Assembly: GCA_963575745.1 (NCBI GenBank)
Contig: CAUYUJ010000237.1
Location: 1 to 64,000, forward strand
Direction: 5' to 3'
Source of the DNA: Prorocentrum cordatum
Lineage: Eukaryota
Length of the DNA: 64,000 nucleotides
Both the position numbers and the translations under genes were made by a program. This document shows positions 25,135 to 38,329 of the stretch, piece after piece. The stretch's first letter is position 1; each line of letters begins with the position of its first letter. The notes below the pieces were generated by a model. It was not told the DNA's origin and made no database searches. It worked only from the letters and a program-made list of their open reading frames with translations.

Positions 25135-28100
25135 TGCCCCCACCTGGAACTCAAGGGGGCTCTTCGCTTCCATCTCTCATGCTTCCCTTCGTGCCTCCAG
25201 ACGGCACCATCAGTTCCTTGCGCATTCTTGTCGAGCCAGTATTTTGCGCATCCAAGAGACTCATGGCACTCAGGGTGATGCCGCGGCCATTCGGACTGAC
25301 TTGCGTGGGTGCTCCATTGGTTTCTCTGGCCGTAATTATGGCATCGCGGGTGGTGTACTCACTGTTCTCTCTCTTGCTCTCTGTCGCCTCTTCGCGGACG
25401 TCGAACGCCATCCTATCGTCCCTGGCGGAATACTTCTATCGAAATGTATTGGCTATAATGGGGCCTCATGGGTGCTCGACGTCCATCTCCCGACCTCTGG
25501 TGAGCCCGCCTGGGCTTTCATCCGTGATCTACGCCGTATTCGTGATGATCTTGCTACCGCTGGGGATGCCTTGTTTTTTGTTTGTGGTGACTTTAACTTC
25601 ACGTTGGAGGAGGAAGGGCGTCGGCGCGCGGATGGGCCCGGGTGGCGCCCTGGGCCGTTATCGACGCGCCGTCTTTGCTCAGCACTTTCCCCGCTGGACT
25701 GAGTTGCGCCGGCCCGAGCCGACCCGTCGCGAGTCACTGGACGGGCAGCTGGTACACGTGAGTCGTCTTGATCGCATAAGTGCGACGAACCCCTCTGCCA
25801 TTCTGTTGGACTTCGCGGTCACTTGTTCGGTTCTTGGCAAGGCGGCTCTTCTCGGGAATGTTTCAGACCATATTCCTGGCGTCGCATTGGTCAGGCGGTT
25901 TTCTCCTGCTGAGTTCCCGCGGATACCGTCCTGGATTGGCCGTCGCCTTATTTTTCATACCGGGCTGGCTTTCCTCTTGGGTGACCTGGACAGAGCTCTG
26001 CCGATTGTGGGCCAGGTCTCTCGGTTGAAACAGCGCGCGCGGGAGGCGGCCCACCAGACTAGGAAACGTCTTCGGGCGAATCGGCAACCGAGGTTGGTGA
26101 GGAGATCCACTTTGCAGTGGCTGCGCTGCGCAGTGTCCGCTCTCGTTCACAGGAACAGCTGAAAGCATAAACATAATCGCATCGTTAACTTGCTCGCTTC
26201 TCCGACGTCGACGAATGCACGCGCCGCTCTCCGTCTTTCTTGCGACCCGCATTCAGTCGCTTCAGAACCGAGAGATCAGGGCTCTAGACCAGGAGAATGA
26301 GCACATGACTGACCTGGATGTCGAGAACCGTCCGAGGGCCAAACGTCAGAGGCGCAAGGAGCTTTGGCGTCCGATGCACAAACGAATCTCCTTGGATGAT
26401 ATCTCGGGGCCCGATGGTCTCCCGCTTGGGTCCGCGGGGCCTGCTGGCGAGGCGCTTGCGGTGCATTGGGGGGGGAGTCTTTGGCGCTCGTGACTGCGAC
26501 GCTGGTCTTTGGCGAGCTGGATGAGATTGTTCAGCCCCTGGAAGGCGTGGCATTCCTGCAGACTCCTTGGTCATGCTATTCGATGGCTTTGAGGCAATGG
26601 TGCGTGCCAGATCTGACCCCATGCCTGGCCCCGACGGCATTGTGTATTCATGTTGGAAAAGCACTGGCCTAATTCTGCATCAGCTCTGCCTTCGCGTCGC
26701 GGAGGCCCGGGGGCAGGGCTGCCGCGCAGCGAGCGACAGATGCTACTGATCTTTCCTGCGAAAGGGGGGCATGCTCCCGATCTCTCTAGCGCCCCTTCTC
26801 GTTATCCCGATGCCTGTCGTCCACTTGCCATGTCTGACGCCGATTGTAAGTTACTATCGATTGCTTTCTCGTGGAGACTTGAACGGCGCGCTCGCGAGAC
26901 TGCGTCGAAGGCTCAGGCCTGTCTCCCTGGTCGCTCGATGACCGACCACATTCTAGAAGCAGAAGTTTGGGGTGTTCAGAACTGCCTGCTGGGGGGGGAG
27001 ACCTGTCCTGCTGGTTTCTTACGGACTTCGTTGCCGCGTTTCCGAGTGTTGCGGTATCTTGGCTTCTGCGCGTTCTTCGAATGATGAATCTGCGCCTTGG
27101 GGTGGCTGGTTTCTTCGACGCGCTCTATCGGGATAACTCTGGCATCGCTTGCTTTGGGGGGCAACGTCGCCGAGCGATTCGTCTGTCGCGGGGAGTTCGG
27201 CAAAGGGGGCCCGTCCAGCATGCTGCTATTGGCTCTGGCGCTTGACCCATGTCTGCGTCGGCTAGCCTCTCGTCTTCCTCGGCAGATGATTGGGCATGCT
27301 GGTGATCTTTGGTCTGGTATGAGTAATGTCGTTATCGATATTCCGATGCTCATCCCTCTCTTGCAGCGTCTCGATGCTGGGATCGGATTTCGGCTGGACC
27401 TGGGGAAGTGCGCTCTGGCGCATCGTGGGTTGTCTCTTACTGCGCGCGCAAGACGACAGATCACACGTATGCTTGCTCATCTCGGCGCGCCTGATATTAA
27501 GCTTGCGCGGCACGCCCGATACTTTGGCATTCAGATTGGCCCTGAGGGGTGGCAGCGCGCACGGGACACGGCGCTTCGTAAGTACCATCAACGTTGTATC
27601 GAGACCCGTCGCCTTCGGATTGGTCTCGCTATGTCGATGCGCATGCATGTCGCGTTCGCTGTCTCGGCATGCGGTTCGTGACGCAATTCTACCCGGTGTC
27701 CAGAGCGATCATGCGCTGTGAGAGTAACATGCAACAGGAGCTGATTGCGGCCCCACGTTTCTCCTTCAATCGAGTTATGCGTACTCGCGTGCAATATCTT
27801 GGTCCTTCGGTTGACTTGCCTGACCCTGCGATGGTCGGGGCTGCCACTCAAGTTCGTCTTGCCCACGCCCCTCGGGTCTTTGAGTACGGGCGCCCCTGAC
27901 TGACCTCTGGTTGCATGGTGACTTTCGCCCCGCTCGCACGGCGTCTCCGTGGTGGCAGCGCACTGTTGTTCGTTCTGTTATCGGTTCCTGGGAAGAGACG
28001 ATATGCCTATGTAGTGCGCCCCTCCAGGCTGGGGGGATCCAACGGAAGCTTGCGGCGCGGCCCAGGGCACTACCATCGACTACTCTTCCGCTTCGCTGTC

Positions 28101-28620
28101 TATTCGATGTATCCCTGGGGTGGAGGCTACGCAAACATCGGCGACTGTTCACTGCGTTCGCAAAACCGTTGCTGCCTGTTCCTGTTATCTCGGGCTTGCG
28201 ATTTTGAAGGTTCGGTTCTCTCTCGCGGTGCGCGCGCGTGTGTGCGGGCGCGAGGTTCCACGGTGGAATCGATAGATGTTTCTGGCGATGCGACTCTGAT
28301 TGGGCGACGGGTTCTCTGGAACATTACCGTGTCTGTCCTGAATTTCGACAGCTCGGCCCAGTCCTCGCCCCATGTTTAGCCCCGTTTTTCAGCGAAGAGC
28401 CCTGGTTCCACTGCTCGACGCTGGCGCCCCCCCCCTCCCCCCCGCCCCTGTTGAACAGTCGTCTGCTCTGCGCGAGCATGTGCGACGCGTTTCTCTTCGT
28501 CCAGGGATGCTCCCGCGAGGGGGCGGCCATCGCTCCTGAGAATTTGTTTCTTGCCCGGATTCGCCCCCACTGTTGGCGCTATCCCAACGCGCAGCTTGCC
28601 TGGGCGTTGGCCAGGGGATA
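25135..28620 (+). pseudogene. LINE-C ORF2 (EN-RT-zinc knuckle), frameshifted
   Basis: Motifs are spread over ORFs 24983-25702, 25071-26162, 26567-26749, 26650-27084, 26967-27245, 27097-27681 and 28238-28621. Confidence 0.85.
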
Positions 28621-31495
28621 GCTTCTCTTCCAGCCTTGTTGCCTGCCCCTGCTCCATGGCCCCCCTTGCCCCCCTTGCTTCTCTCGCCCCCGCCCTTCCT
28701 GCGTTGCCGCCCCCCCCCCCCGCCGCCCCCGCCTGCCTCAGCGGCTGCTTCCTGGAGCGCGGGTTCCGCGAAGCTCGCCGTCGTTGCCGCCTCTCTCTCT
28801 TTTCTTTGACCGTCAGCCCTGCCCGAGCGCGTGGCGCGACAGGGCGAATGCTCGTGGCCTGGTCTGTCGCGCCGTCTTACATGTATCAGATAAAGCACGG
28901 CGCAGGTTACGGAAGTTGCACTGGGACCGCCTCCCCCTCTTTCCTTCTGTTGTCGGGCCGGGCGACCTGACGACGTTCGAGGGGTCGTTGGCTTAGCACC
29001 GCACCTGGTCGTTCCTGCTGGCTGGTGCTGCTCTCACTCTCCTCTTTTAAGGATTGCGCGCTGAGCTGGGCGTTGCCGCCATTTTTTCGCGTCGTCGATA
29101 AAGAGAACCCGAGAGGCCCCTGGGCTGCGATTGGGGAGGGGGGGGGACATCCTTTTCCTTATGTTCATCCTCCTGCTCATCCGCCACCTCCTCCTCCTCC
29201 TCCTCCTTCTTCCCTTCCTCCTATGCGTGCATCTGCCGTTTTCCGAATGTGTACAACACGACTGGTTTCTCTTTGGGAGTTCCACTCCCATGTTTGCCAT
29301 GACACACATCCGCGGGCACCGAACAGTCAGTGCAGTGGGAAGGGATGGGTGGGAATAGAAGGTCATGGTTGACGCGATCGCAGATAGCTGGCCTCTTCTC
29401 AGCTGCACACGATGAATACTATTATCCTCTCTCCCCTGATCCCGTCTGGAAGATAGAAGCCCTCTCCACGCGTTTATGTTTTATACAGCGGATGTCGCAA
29501 GTTGCGTTCGCCAAATATGTTTCTCCAAACATTGTGTTACAAGTATATGCTTTCGGTGTTTCACAATGGCTTTCCCGCTGCAGCGTGGGCCTGATTTTCG
29601 GATCGGCGCTCTGCTCCCGTCGTTCAGAATGTCGCTCTCGCCGCAGCGCGGGCCACGCGTCTGGATCCGAGCCGTTTTTCATCGTTGTCGCTCCCGTCAT
29701 GTCCCCTGCTCCGCCTTCCCCATGTCCTCCTGCTCCTCCCCAACATTCCACTCCAGCCCCCGCTGCTGCTGCCCGTTTTCGCTGTCCTCCCGTTCCTCCC
29801 GTTCGTCCTCCAGCCCATCCACCACTCCTCATCCTCCTTCTTCCCCTCGCCCTATGTGCGCAGCTGCCCTCTCCAGTTGTTCACACTACGATGGGGCGTT
29901 TTTGTTTGGGAGCTCTTGGTCTGCCGTGTCACGCGTCCGCGGGCGCAGAACAATCCGCGGAGTGGGAAGGGATGGATTGGACCCCCTTGGAGGAGCAGGA
30001 AATCAGACGTGGCCCGACCGCACCTACACATTGTTCATGTCTGAGTATTCGGAAATTATATATATATATATATATTAGGGGGGGGCAGGGTCCTTTCATT
30101 TCTAAGCGTTCTATCCCGGGCTTCTTCCTGGCCACTAGGGGGCCAGGAACAATTAGAAGCGAGCACGGTTACTACGCCGTTACAGAAGTTCGTCACGTTT
30201 CGTGAGGGTTTGAAGATTGCAGTGGTTTCGTGTCTTACTTCCGCGTGAGCGGGCGGGCAGAGTTTGACCACTGTCCCGACCGCGCCGAGCTGGCCCCCCC
30301 TTCCCCCCAGAATCCTAGCGGGCTGGGTCAAGAGCGGTCGGGTCAAAGATGCGGGATTTTCAAAAGTGGGATTTCATCCCTTACTATGATGGTATATATT
30401 TAAAACGGTGTAATTTAACATCCCGACGTAAAATCACACGGCTTTAGAACTCCCACCGGGCGGGATTTGCCTTTGCTTATGCAAGATGATCCAATCTCAA
30501 TGTATGACGAATTTTGTTGTAACGCCGATGCAGAAACGAGCACGAATAGAAACGAACGACGTGCAGGAAGCCCGACTTGGCCCGAGCGCGCCTCGATGTG
30601 TACCTGGCCGAAGGGGGCGCCCACGGCCCTCGTGTTCAGATCATCCATCTTCGGAGCGAGTTCCAGGCACGTGCCCTTGCAGAGTGCAAGTCCAGCGTTG
30701 ATAACATCTCGAGGCTCGAAACAGTGCGGGTAACGCTCGGCGGCGAAGAAGTTCCGAACATCCGGAGCGCGTTTGGATGTTCCGTGGGCTCCCCGATTGG
30801 ATTCGACGTGCTCCTAACTTGATTCCCACCCGTTTTCAAACACTTGGAATTGGTTTGAATGTTTCCCACTTTGCAAACTGGTTACCAATTCTGCCAAACC
30901 AATCGAACCGTATTCTCCGATCTCCGCCTGCAATTTCTGAGCTTTGTTCGAGTTATTCCTTTCCTTGGCTCCCGAACTCGAAGTTATAAATTCCCCTCCG
31001 CCCGAACCCAAACCATAATTTCTTTCCCAAGGATGACCGTCTGTGCCCCCTCAGCCAGTTACAAATCTAGCTTGCCTCTCTACAACTTTACATTCAGAAT
31101 ATATGTTCTTCACTCCCCTGATTCCGTCTCGAAGACAGGCGGCCCCTTCCGCGTATTATGTTTTGACACACACAGAGACACACCCGATGCCAAACATTGT
31201 TTTATCCAAGTGTTTTTTCAAACCGATTGGTTTCGGTGCTTTACAATGGTGTTCCCGCTGCAGCGTGGGCCTGATTTTCGGATCCCGAGCGTTTTATCAT
31301 CGTTGTCGCCCCCTCATGTCCCCTGCTCCGCCTTCCACTTGTTCCTGCTCCTCCCGCTCATTCCACTCCAGCTCCCGCTGCTGCTGTTCGTCCTCGTTTT
31401 CTCCTCGCTGCTGCTGTTCGTCCTCGTTTTCTCCTCGTACTCCTCCTCCTCCTCCTCCCCCTCTCCTCTCCTCCTCCTCCTCCTCCTCGCTCATC

Positions 31496-31529
<34 letters not shown>

Positions 31530-31677
31530 TCCGTTTTTTCGATTGGAGTATGGTGTCGTATATATTCCCTTCCTCTCCTCCTCCCTCCTCTCCTCCTCCC
31601 TCCCTTCTTCCTCCTCCTCCTCCTCCTCCTCCTCCTCCTCCTCCTCCGCTCCTCCCCTCTCTCCCCCCCCTCTCCAG

Positions 31678-31779
31678 TTCCTGCCTTCGCATGGCGCCCT
31701 CCGCCCCCTCCCGCCCGGCGGCGGGGGCGCGGGCCACTGCGGACGCCGCCGCCGGCTGCTGGTCGGCTGGCTTCACCAG
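31678..31779 (+). CDS. Host gene exon (possible ATG at 31691): MAPSAPSRPAAGARATADAAAGCWSAGFT(R)
   Basis: Ends ACC AG|GC (phase 2) and joins the exon at 40729 to complete a Cys-rich motif. Confidence 0.6.
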
Positions 31780-31879
31780 GCTGACGGCCAGCCGTTTTTG
31801 GCTTCGAGGAACGGGCAGGAGGGCAAGGAGGATCGTGGAGGACGATCGAGGATCGAGGAGGATCGAGGTTTCGAGATTC

Positions 31880-32015
31880 GACGATGGTGATGATGATGAC
31901 GATGATGATGATGGTGGTGATGATGATGTTGATGATGATCATTATCATGATGCTGATGATGCTGATGATATTGGCGATGATGGTGATGACGATGAGTGTT
32001 TAAAAATGGTGATGC

Positions 32016-32053
<38 letters not shown>

Positions 32054-32249
32054 CTGATGCTGCTGATGATGATGGTGATGGCGATGGTGACGGTGATGGT
32101 GGTGATAGTGATGATGGTATTAGTGGTGATGGTGACGACGATGGTGATGACGATGGTAACAATGAGGATGTTGATGCTGATAGTTATGATGTTGATGATG
32201 ATGCTGATGATGCCAGTGATGAATTTGATGGTGATGGTGATGGTGATGG

Positions 32250-32284
<35 letters not shown>

Positions 32285-32288
32285 GTGG

Positions 32289-32350
<62 letters not shown>

Positions 32351-32790
32351 TTGCTGATGTCGATCACGATGATGATGACGATGACAATGCGGATGGCAAT
32401 CATGATGATGATAATGATGATGACGAGGATGAGGATTATTAGGCGGAAGAGGAGGAGGAGAAGGAGGAGGAGGAGGAGGAGGAGGGGGAGGAGGAGGAGG
32501 AACAGGAGGAGGAGGAGGAACAGGAGGAGGAGGAGCAGGTGGTTGAAGAGGCTGAGGATAGTGATGATGAGGTTGGTGATGGTCATGGTGATGGCGATGG
32601 CGATGGTGATTCTCATGGTGATGGTAATGGTGATGGTGATGGTGATGGTGATGGTGATGGCGATGATGATGGCGATGGTAGTGGTGGTGGTGATGATGAA
32701 GATGATGATAACGATGATAATGATGGTGATGATGACGAGGAGGAGGAGGAGGAGGAGGAGGAGGAGGAGGAGGAGGAGGAGGAGAAGGAG
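31880..32790. repeat. (GAT)n/(GGT)n/(GGA)n microsatellite block
   Basis: Direct reading. Confidence 0.92.
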
Positions 32791-33519
32791 CAGGAGGTGC
32801 ATCGTGCGGCGACGATCCGCGAGACGTCGGGCAGCCCAGTGGGGAGCAGCGACGCGACACTAACGACCAGCTTGGCCGGAGGCGGCGCGAGCGGGGCCTG
32901 AGGCCTGCATCACAGTGGAGCTTCCCCGCTCTGGTCGCACTCTCCCACCAATGCACCAATACCTTACGGCGCCAGTTGCCAAATGGAGGGGGCCGAGAAC
33001 CTCTTCACGGCCCCTCCGCCACCGAAGACGGCCGCAGGGAGGGGTCCAGACGTGCCTCCACATGCTTACACCCTCACACCCATCAACCAACCAACCAATT
33101 TCCCATATTCCTTCCCTCTCTCCTTTCCCCTCCCTCTCTTTCCCCTCCCGCTCTTATTTTCCCTCCGACTCTTGGTCCCTTGCCATCTCTCCGACTCCGG
33201 CTCCGACTCCGACTCCGTATGGGACACGCGCCCTCGTCCAGCAAGAGCAGTTAGCGGGCCCCGGCCCACCCGCGCTGTCCGCAAAGGGCTTGCTGGCCGA
33301 CCGGCCGGCGGACTCGGAGCGTTCCTGTTCCTGTTCCCCTCCTTCCCCTGCCCTCGAAGCGTGAGTTGGTACGTCTCTGCCTCGCCAGGTTCCTTCCGCG
33401 GCGCGCGGGCGCTCCTCTCCTGCGCGGCCGTGCAAGACCGCGAAATCTATTCCACCTTCCAAGCGATTGCGCGGCATTCACACATTCGTCCTGCACTGTT
33501 CCCCTCCTAGGCCATAGGT

Positions 33520-33716
33520 ATGAGGAGGAGGAGGATGTTGATGACGATCATGCTGATGATGATGATGATGATAATGATGACGATGATGATCATGATGATG
33601 ATGATGAGGAGGAGGATGATGATGCTGATGCTGATTATGATGGTAATAATGATGATGATGCTGCTGATGCTGCTGCTGCTGCTGCTGCTGGTGATGATGA
33701 TTATGATGATGATGAC

Positions 33717-33803
<87 letters not shown>
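33520..33803. repeat. (GAT)n microsatellite, left flank of the DIRS-like element
   Basis: Direct reading; the same repeat resumes at 40263. Confidence 0.92.
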
Positions 33804-33807
<4 letters not shown>

Positions 33808-34466
33808 AGCTCTTGAGCAGTAATCGCAGAGCGTTGGAGGGCCGCGCGGTGCTTGTATCTGCTACCGCTTCGGCCCAAGCCTTTTTCGGAGGAGGTCGCG
33901 TGCTGCCAGGCCCGCCCGCGACCTGGATGCGCCAGGCGGCCCGCGGCGCGGTGTTCCTGGCGTTCCACGTTGGCACGGCGTGGCTCGGGCAGTGGTCGGC
34001 CAGCCGCGGCCCCGCCAGCCCTTCGGCCGCGCGGCCCGTGGCCGCCGCGCCGCCAGCCGTGGCGCCAGCGCCCGCTCCGCCATCGCGGAGCTGCCCGGCG
34101 GCCGCGCCGCCGACCTCCGCGCTGGCTGGCGAGTTGTGCGCGGAGTTGGAGAGGTGCCTGTCCTGGGTGGCTGCGGCACCGCTCGTGGAGTGCCCAGACC
34201 CTTGCCCGGCGTGCCCCGAGCTGGCCAAGGCGGAGTTCTCCTGGGGCTTCGAGGTTTTTCCGGGCCTGGGGACCTTCTTGTTGTGGGACCAGGCTGTGGG
34301 CCGCCGTGCGCGGCCAGGCGGACCGCTGCTGCGGCCTGAAGCGCGAGGGCGTCCTCGCGGTGGAGGTTCGGTTCGAGCCCACCCCGCCTGGCGGTGCTCC
34401 TGATCGCACGGTGCCCGGAGGCCGCGGCAAGCTCGTCGGCGACTGGACACCGCCTACGATCAAGGC

Positions 34467-35870
34467 ATGAACATTGGCGATGAGTTGTACGTCGAGTATG
34501 GTATGCCAGGGGCGCCTCTCTTACATGCCCGTGTCGTGGTCGCCGTCTCTGGGATTGAGAGGGTCCACGCGGCGGTAGTCTCGCAGGACCACGACCACTT
34601 CGTCGAGTTGTTCAGCGAGGACAACGACGACGTGCGGCACTGGTACCGCGTGGGGCCTGGGAGTGTGCTCGTCCGCGAGGATGGGGACATCACGCCAGCC
34701 GCCGGCGGAGCAGGGTTCAGGGTGTACGATTTCGCCGTGCCCCTCACGCCTGCGGAGCTACAGGCCTTCGCGCATCAGGCCGGGGTGTTCCTTGCTGGCC
34801 ATGATGCTGCTCTCGCTGTCGCTGCGGCGCGTCCTGCAGCTGGTGGTGGCGGAGCGGTGGTCGCCGTTGGCGGCGCTGGGGCGGCTGGAGCAGGCGCGGG
34901 GGGTGCGACAGCGCCCGCGGGGGGCGGCGGCGGGCTTGCCGTGGCAGGAGGACCAGCAGGCGGCCTCGCCGCGCTGCTCGAAGGAGGCGGAGGTGCAGCT
35001 GCCGGCCCTGGGGCAGCAGGAGGAGGTGGTGTCGGAGCTTTTGGCGCAGGAGCCGCCCCCGCCGCCCTGGGCGCGCCCGCTGGCGCCGCGCCGCGGCCCC
35101 AGCTGGAGGCAGGCTGGTTGCCGCGCCCCCGGCCGCAGCGGGAGGCGCCGCCGGGGCTGGCGCCCCCGCCCCCGCAGCCGCCGCCGCGGACGGTGCCGCT
35201 GGGCTCGCTGCGGCGCTGGCTGGAGCAGGTGCTGGGCCGCTGGCCGTCGCAGCCGACGGAGCAAGTGATGGTGCCGCTGGCTCGGGTGACTGCCGTGCGC
35301 TCTCGGCGCAGTACGACATCAACGGAAAGCGGCATCGGGCTTTCGCTTCGGGGGTCGCATTGCTTCGGGCCGTCGGCTGGAACGACTGGGTGGTGCCAGG
35401 ACCGAGGACAGCTCACTGGGTGGCGAACTTCATGCTGGAGAATGGAGGGGGCGCGCTCGGGCACCGCGTCCAGTGGAGGTCAGTTATTCGCCTGGGGCTG
35501 GATGACATAATCGTTTCGGCCCATCACGAGTGCTCGAAGATCTTCGACACGGACGGCGCTGTGCTACGACCAAATGGACCTCACGAGCCTTGCCAGCCTG
35601 GAGTTGGTCTCAAGACAACTTCAACTTTGTGAAGAAAGGGCACAGAGATCGCGTCCCGGGGACGCGCAAGGACAACAACGAGCACCAGGACGAGGAGTAC
35701 TACTTCACAGGGATGGCGACGACGAGAGGGCTCATGGCGGCCCCGGCCCTCTCAACCTGGATCAGCGAGCAGATCTCGAGGGGGAACGCCGTCGCCAAGG
35801 AGAGACGCAAAGCACGGGATGAGAGACAGCTTGCCAAGCCCAAGGTGGCCAAGGGGCCGAATCGGGGCGG
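34467..35870 (+). pseudogene. Gag-like ORF of the DIRS-like element (frameshifted)
   Basis: MNIGDELYVEYG.., a Gly/Ala linker, VPGPRTAHW, YDQMDLTSLASLELVSRQLQ, APALSTWI...KERRKARDER; position upstream of RT. Confidence 0.6.
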
Positions 35871-35963
35871 AGGGCAGCTGACCTCCACAACTACTCCACC
35901 GATCAGGGCTGTCTGCTGCTTCCTGGCCCCGGGCGCGCAGGCTTCCACATCTTCGGCCGCGAG

Positions 35964-38080
35964 GTGATGGTGCGCCAGCGCGACATCTTCCCCTTGCCTC
36001 TTCTCCCTGTCCCTTCTCAGACTGGTGCTGGCCGCCGTGCCGTCGCCCGTCGCGCTCGCTGCCGTCGCCATGCTCTCGACTGGGCCAACGACGGCATCCA
36101 ATCCCTTAACTCACTTGCTGGACGCGATTTGGCTGGGGATGGTGCCGCGAGCGCTGCGCAGCAGATGCGCCTCGAGCACCTGGAGCGCAGCTACTGCTCG
36201 GTTGGCCCCTGTCCTGCTGATGCACGTCGCCGCGGGGGCCTTCGCGAGCTCTGCGGAAGCGCCGCCATGTACGGCGAGTGCGCTACAACCGTCGTGGCCT
36301 ACAACATGGACGCTGCGTCCTGGCCGGACGCGGGAGCGAAGCCCGTCTCCTTGGGCGAGGCGCCGCCAGCCGAGCACCCTACCTGGTCGGGGGATCTGAC
36401 GGCCAATATGCGAGGACCTCCAGCTGCAGCGGCTGGCCTGCGGTCTGAGCTCGGACTTCCACGTCCTCATCTTGACCCTGCACTTCGGGATCACCGAGTG
36501 CATGGAGATTTCGTGACTGGACTGGTGAGTCGCGGCATGGCTCGCCCTGTGCCTGCCGTGGAGCTTGACGATAGCAATGCAACGATGGGTTTGTTCTTCG
36601 TCGAGAAAAAGAACCAGATGCAGAGGATCGCCTTTGACGCCAGGTTGGCGAACTGCGATTTCTTGCCGCCGCCGTCGACGCGCTTGCCCTCGGCCGCCGC
36701 CTTCGCGAAGCTGGAGACGCAGGAGTGCGACGTCGTCTGGTTCAGTAGCGGTGGCATCAGCAACGCCTTCTACGCCATCGAGGTGCCAGCAGAGTTGGGG
36801 CCCTGCATTAGGCTACCTGCGCTGCGCGGCGGCGCGGTGGGCTTGCAGGGTCGCAGCGCTTCGACGCTCTTGGTGCCGGTGCTGGCGGCGTTGCCGATGG
36901 GCTGGAGCGGGGCGCTGCACCTCTGCCAGCCGGTGACGGAGGAGGGGCTAGCGCGGGGCGGCCAGCGCGCCGAGGTCCTCGTGGAGGATCGAGAGGCCTC
37001 TCGCCCGCCGGGCCTGGGGCGCCCGCTGGGCGCGGCGCCGCGTGCGTCGACAACGTCATGGTCATGGGCTCGCCGAAGCAGGACGTCGGCACTGCGGGGC
37101 TTGCTGTAGCGGAGGCGCTCTCCAGCCAGGGCTTCGCGATCCACGAGGAGATGGGGCCGTGTGCCAGACGGACTTCGCGGGCCTCTCGTTCGACGGGCGC
37201 GGCCATGCGGCGCGGGCATCCACCGAGCGCGTTTGGAGGCTGCGTCTGGCTATTTAGGAGCTCTTGGGCCGTCGTGCCTGCTCAAGGCACGCGCTCGAGA
37301 TCGTGGCGGGCCATGCGACCTGGATCATGATGGTTCAGCGGTCTTCCCTGTCGGTGATCAGCTCCGCGCGCGCCTTTGATCGAGTCCAAGGGCATTGAGG
37401 AGGGCGATTTGTGGCAGGCCGCGAGGGGGGAGCTCTGGCACGTCAGGAACTTGCTGCCGCTGATGGCGGCTCACGCGGACGCCAGCTGGCACAGCCAGGT
37501 CACGACCAGCGACGCCTCGCACTGGGGCTGCGGAGCCTGCGAGCGCGAGGAAGCCGTGGAGGAGATCGCGCGCTGGGGGCGGACGGCTGAGCATTGGCGG
37601 TGCCGCCAGGGCGCCACGGCCGCTCGAGCCCGCGCCTTCGGGGGCGAGGATGCCCCTGCGATGCTGGGGCAGCTGCCGATGGCAGACGACCTGCCGGACA
37701 GCTTACGCCAGGCCGACGAGCATGCGAGGGCCTTCGACATGGTCGACGCGAGCTTCACTGTCCCAGAGGCATGACATGTCGTCGAGTCGTTCCCTTGGCG
37801 GGGCCCAGCGAACATACTGCGGCTGGAGGGGCTCATTCTTTCGAACTCGCTTCGGCATCCCCTTCGAGATCGGGAATCTTTCGGACGTCGAGTTGTGCTC
37901 TTGGTCGACAACCTGGGGCTGGCCCTCGCCGCCGGGAAGGGCCGATCGTCGGCCTTCCAGCTTCGAGACATCCTTCGTGAGATCAGCGCGCTCACCTTGG
38001 CGCGCCGCCTCCATGCGCGTGTCCGCTGGGCCCCGTCGGAGAGGAAAACGGCAGATAACCCGCCCCGAGGCTCGTATGAC
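35964..38080 (+). pseudogene. RT-RNase H of the DIRS-like element
   Basis: GLFFVEKK..QRIAFDAR.AN, ISNAFY, LPMGWS, ACVDN (decayed YVDN), TSDASHWGCG, HILRLE, LVDNLG...KGRSS, RWAPSE..AD.PPR. Confidence 0.85.
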
Positions 38081-38329
38081 CTCAAGCCGCAGCTGGAGGG
38101 GGAGGCCGCCGAGGCGGGGCCTGCTGCTGCTGGCGCTGGGCCTGGGGCGCTGGCAGCCGTGCCAGAGTTCCCGAGCTTCGGCGCAAGCAAGGAGCGGGCG
38201 GTCCCGCGCTCGCGAGAGGACGGAGCTGGCAGCCCCGCAAGGCGACTGGATGAAGATCATTGGCATCACGTCGGCTGCTGCGGCGACCGCAAGGAGGACC
38301 TGGCGCCGCGCGCCATCGCCCGAGTCGGC

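Larger units (their letters stand above)
23884..29148 (+). mobile_element. LINE-C: near full-length degenerate L1/Tx1-like non-LTR retrotransposon (ORF1, EN, RT, CCHC knuckle; no RNase H seen)
   Basis: ORF1 coiled-coil plus RRM-like region (~24000-24794); EN TWNSRGL, IQETHG, GGVLT, CGDFNF, SRLDRI, SDH; RT PGPDG, RPLAMSDADCK, Q..LPGRS, DFVAAFPSV, GVRQ.G, HAGDL (decayed YADD), RYFGIQIGP; C-terminal CFWRC...LEHYRVCP. Confidence 0.88.
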
